Shown: positions 60,627-64,000 of the stretch, in pieces
Numbering within the stretch: the first letter of the stretch is position 1
How the letters are laid out: every line of letters begins with the position of its first letter
DNA from: Takakia lepidozioides
Taxonomy: Eukaryota; Plantae; Bryophyta
Direction: 5' to 3'
DNA: 64,000 bases
Assembly (NCBI GenBank): GCA_030704615.1
Contig: CM060731.1
Location: 62,620,001 to 62,684,000 of the forward strand
The notes under the pieces: model-generated
Told to the model about the DNA's origin: nothing
Databases searched by the model: none
The model's input: only the letters and a program-made list of their open reading frames with translations
Position numbers and translations under genes: made by a program

Positions 60627-62221
60627 TGTCGCACACCTCAGTTCGGTAAACTCCCTTCAAGTCATAGTTACTCGCTTTGATGCGCGCGCCTGACTCCCAA
60701 CCTGGCCCCCAGGCCAACTTGGAGTTTCGGCTGCTCACCGGGACATAACGGTCCCCTTTCGCTTCCCTCTAAACCCTCCACCTATTTGGGACTAGGAGAA
60801 TTCCCTTTGGTAGATGGCAGTCCGGAACAGCTCCCCACTCTTTGGTCGCTTTCCGGCTCGCTCGCTTACTCACTAGTTTTTGGTCACCAACGGGCTTGCA
60901 CCGTTCTCGGGGTTACTACTCCCTATATATACTTCTGTAGCTGTCCGCGGGGGTTTCATAACCAGCCATGCCATTTTATGGCGAACCACCACGAAAACCC
61001 TCGACTCCCGGTGGTGAGTCGCGGTGAGTCTTGGCCCACTCACCGCGGCCCCAATGGACCGTGATGAGTCCCAAGACTCCCCACGACTCCCACCTCGAGG
61101 TCTCCTCCCATGGTGAGTCCTATGCCACCCCCACTAAGTCCCACTAAGCTACCACCATCCTTGTGGAGCCACCTCCACCGCAAACCCGGTGTGCGGGGCT
61201 CCACCTAGTGAGCGCCTCCGCCTCCTTGAGTGCCTTGGGCACTCAAGGGTGCTTCAGCCCCCCATACCTATCGCTGCCGCTGCCCCCACCACAGGGGCAG
61301 CCCCTCATGTGTCCCGACCCCCTGCCCTCAAGGCAAAGGGCCGCGACACACACCCCTACCAACAGGGAGTCGATGTCCTCATCGACTTTGTCCATTTTGT
61401 AGAAACGAACGTCCAAGTTGTGGCGTCCCACATCAAGGAGTTTGTTTCCGTACCATGGCGTCCCATGGCAAAGAACCAAACCCCACACTTGACTCCACTC
61501 TCCACTAGCTAGTTCGGCCGACTTCCTCCAAGTCCCGGCGAAGGGTGGAGCCTCTCCAGCTCCCCCCAGTGCACTCTTCTTGGCCTACTTCAAGGCCAAG
61601 GAACGATCCTCCCCGAGGATCGAATCGCCTTACTGCAACAACATTGCTTGCGATCGCTCATGATGCCGCTTTTGGCATCACCTTGAGCAAGGGTTCACCT
61701 GGAACCCTCTTTGACTAGGACGATAACCTTGAACCAACCGTGCGCCCCAATCACTACAATTGGGTCCGCCTTGGAATGCTGGCCTGAGGTACGGGAACAC
61801 GCCGAAGCCGCACTACGACTTCGTCCCGAGGCTACACGATTATAGTACGTGAACGGAAGCACGTAGCTTCCGCGTTAGCCCGCACTACAAGGCAACCCCC
61901 TCGGTAGCGCAGTTATAGTACGCGCACGCGCCAGGTGCGCACTAGCACTTGAACTCCCAAATAAGGCGCAAGTTTCCTTGCCCCTTGGATGGGAGTCACC
62001 CGATTTCGGCACTGCGCAAACACACGATTAACCCAATTTACCTCTCCCACTTTTGTAAGCTAGCATGCATTCTACACACCAGCCAACCACACCATGCATC
62101 ACCATTCCAAACACAATAGGACGCACAATATTTGGAACCCATTTCCTTTATCACAAATTTTTGTACAATACAAGTTTTTGCAATCGGATTCCTGAGCTAG
62201 CTAAACCGGGCTAAGCATGCA
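60627..62221 (-). repeat. 3' LTR of chromovirus copy 2
   Basis: Reverse complement of 9417-11012. Confidence 0.88.
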
Positions 62222-62255
62222 TTTCCTCCCCCACGCTCCAAGGTTGATGTCCCCA

Positions 62256-64000
62256 TCAACGCTTCTTCCGCTTTTGAGGTCGCCCTTCGAACGCTGCAAC
62301 TGCCTCGGATGCGTTTCCCATTTCTGAGGCACGCACCCAAGATGCCTCCACAAGATGATAGCCCTTCCATTTGACGAGATACTCCGTTTCTCGGTTCTTG
62401 AACCTCCTCGACTTAAGTATTGCCTCCACCTCGTACTCGGGTTCATTTTCATGATCCAACAGCATAGGTGGCGGACGCAACACTTGCTGACGATTCGGAC
62501 GTGCTTCATCTTTGAAGTAAGGCTTCAAAAGGGAGACATGGAATACTGGGTGCACCTTGCTGTTTGCTGGCAGCTCCAATTCATACACATCCTCATTCAT
62601 AACCCTCCGAATGCGAAAGGGACCCGCATACGGAGGTACGAACTTCGGACTCATTTCCGGAGGTAGTCGAAAATTCTTGATGTTCAACCAGACCTCTGTG
62701 CCTGCCTCAAACTTCACTTCCCTCCGCTTCCGATTCGCCTGCCTTTCATACCGTTTCCTAGCTTTGGCAATGTTGTACTTTGCGAGCTTCAACAAACGCT
62801 CGCGTTCTTCTAGTACCGCCGCTACTGCTGGTTCCTCAACGTCCTGGGCGGCCCAACTTGTCGGCACCAGAGGTGCTTTTCCATAGACCAACACAAAAGG
62901 GGAAACTCCCGTCGCGGAGTGTTCTGTGTTATTATAACAGAACTCTGCCGCGTCTAAGTGTTCCATCCAGTCTGATTGGTCTGCCGACACGTAATTCCGC
63001 AAGAATTGCTTCACTACGGAATTCACTCTTTCCGTTTGGCCGTCCGTCGTAGGTCGGAAGGCGGTGCTCATCTTCAGCCTCGTCCCCATCTTCTTCCAAA
63101 GTGCTCTCCAGAATTTACTCGTAAACTTTGGGTCGCGGTCCGAGACAATATCCTTCGGGACTCCATGATGCTTTAAGACGTGGGTGAAGTAAAGTCGCCC
63201 TGTCTCCTGCGCAGTTGCCGTCTCCTTGGTGGGGATGAAATGGGCCATTTTACTGAACCTATCTACCACCACCATGATTGCATCGAATCCTTTGACAGCG
63301 GCATAACAGTCATGAAATCCATCGAGACGCTTTCCCAAGTCCCCTCTGGAATCGGCAAGGGTTGTAACAGCCCCGCTTGCTTTTTATACTCGCTCCGGTT
63401 TTGTTGGCATGTGGTGCATGTCCTTACATACTCCTCTGCCTCCTCCCTCAGTTTGGGCCAGAAATACTCTTTCTTCAAGAGTGCCGCAGTGCGCTTGGCT
63501 CCACCGTGGCCCGCAAGCGGGCTATCATGGCATTCTCTCAAGAGACTATCCCTGATCCCTCCCTTTGGCACATAGAGACGTTTTTGCTTATACCGGAGCA
63601 GTCCGTTTTGCAAGTGGAACTGCGATTTAACCCCCATTCTCAAGTTCTGCATCACGCACTTTGCCAGCTCATCCTTCCGGCAAGCCTTCCGGATCTTCCT
63701 TTGGAGCGCCGTCTCGCCCTTGTACACCAACAAGAGCTGCTGCTTTCTACTTAAAGCATCGGCCACCACATTGTCCCGTCCCGGTTTGTACTGGATATCC
63801 ACGTCGAACACTGCCAAAGTATCTTGCCACCTAAGTTGTTTTGGGGATAACTTGGGCTGCGTGGCAAAATACTTCACCGTGACATTGTCCGTGAACACCT
63901 TCACTGGGTTGGAACCAACATAGTGGCGCCAGAGTTCAAGGCAATGTACCACCGCCTTCATCTCTTTTTCGTGCGTCGGCCACCGTCGCTCCACTTCATT
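62256..64000 (-). CDS. pol C-terminus: RNase H, integrase, classical chromodomain
   Basis: HEKEMKAVVHCL; HHCC zinc finger; IVSDRDPKF; GPF; [11 protein letters not shown]...YLVKWKGY...ASW. One homopolymer frameshift at about 63295. Confidence 0.93.

Larger units (their letters stand above)
60627..64000 (-). mobile_element. Ty3/Gypsy chromovirus (Galadriel-like), copy 2, running off the window
   Basis: RNase H-IN-chromodomain, PPT and 3' LTR. Near-identical to 7650-11012. Confidence 0.95.

Noticed and set aside
9417-62221. Inverted 1.6-kb repeats as TIRs of a giant 53-kb element
   Set aside because: Both are 3' LTRs attached to their own pol and PPT, so they are independent insertions.

Overview
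This is eukaryotic, plant-type DNA (inferred non-seed plant, bryophyte-like, from the PLS-PPR remnant, Tcn1-type and classical-chromodomain Ty3 elements and GT-AG introns). It is almost entirely a nest of transposable elements. The only clear host gene is a secreted GNA/bulb-type lectin (39350-39826, -). TE content: three Galadriel-like chromovirus copies, two parts of a non-chromoviral Ty3 family with extra 5' and 3' ORFs, a Tcn1-like element with a self-priming PBS, a CACTA element, two hAT elements, a GCM-domain Mutator-like transposase, LINE fragments with (TC)n tails, a Tourist MITE and a PPR-derived minisatellite. The most striking feature is at 175-5052 (+): a spliced gene of about 9 exons fusing a ParB/Srx-like domain (DGNHR) to a beta-class N4/N6 amino-DNA-methyltransferase fold. 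Its introns and 3' flank carry about 8 copies of a 16-bp palindrome (ATTTCGGCGCCGAAAT), and the unit appears to have inserted into a retrotransposon gag, so it looks like mobile cargo. Second, the CACTA TnpA-like protein contains a captured FCP1/NIF HAD-phosphatase domain, and its ATG lies 7 bp from the divergent TnpD ATG. Many 1-bp frameshifts look like long-read consensus errors, so pseudogene calls are provisional. All family assignments come from motif recognition by eye; no searches were run.
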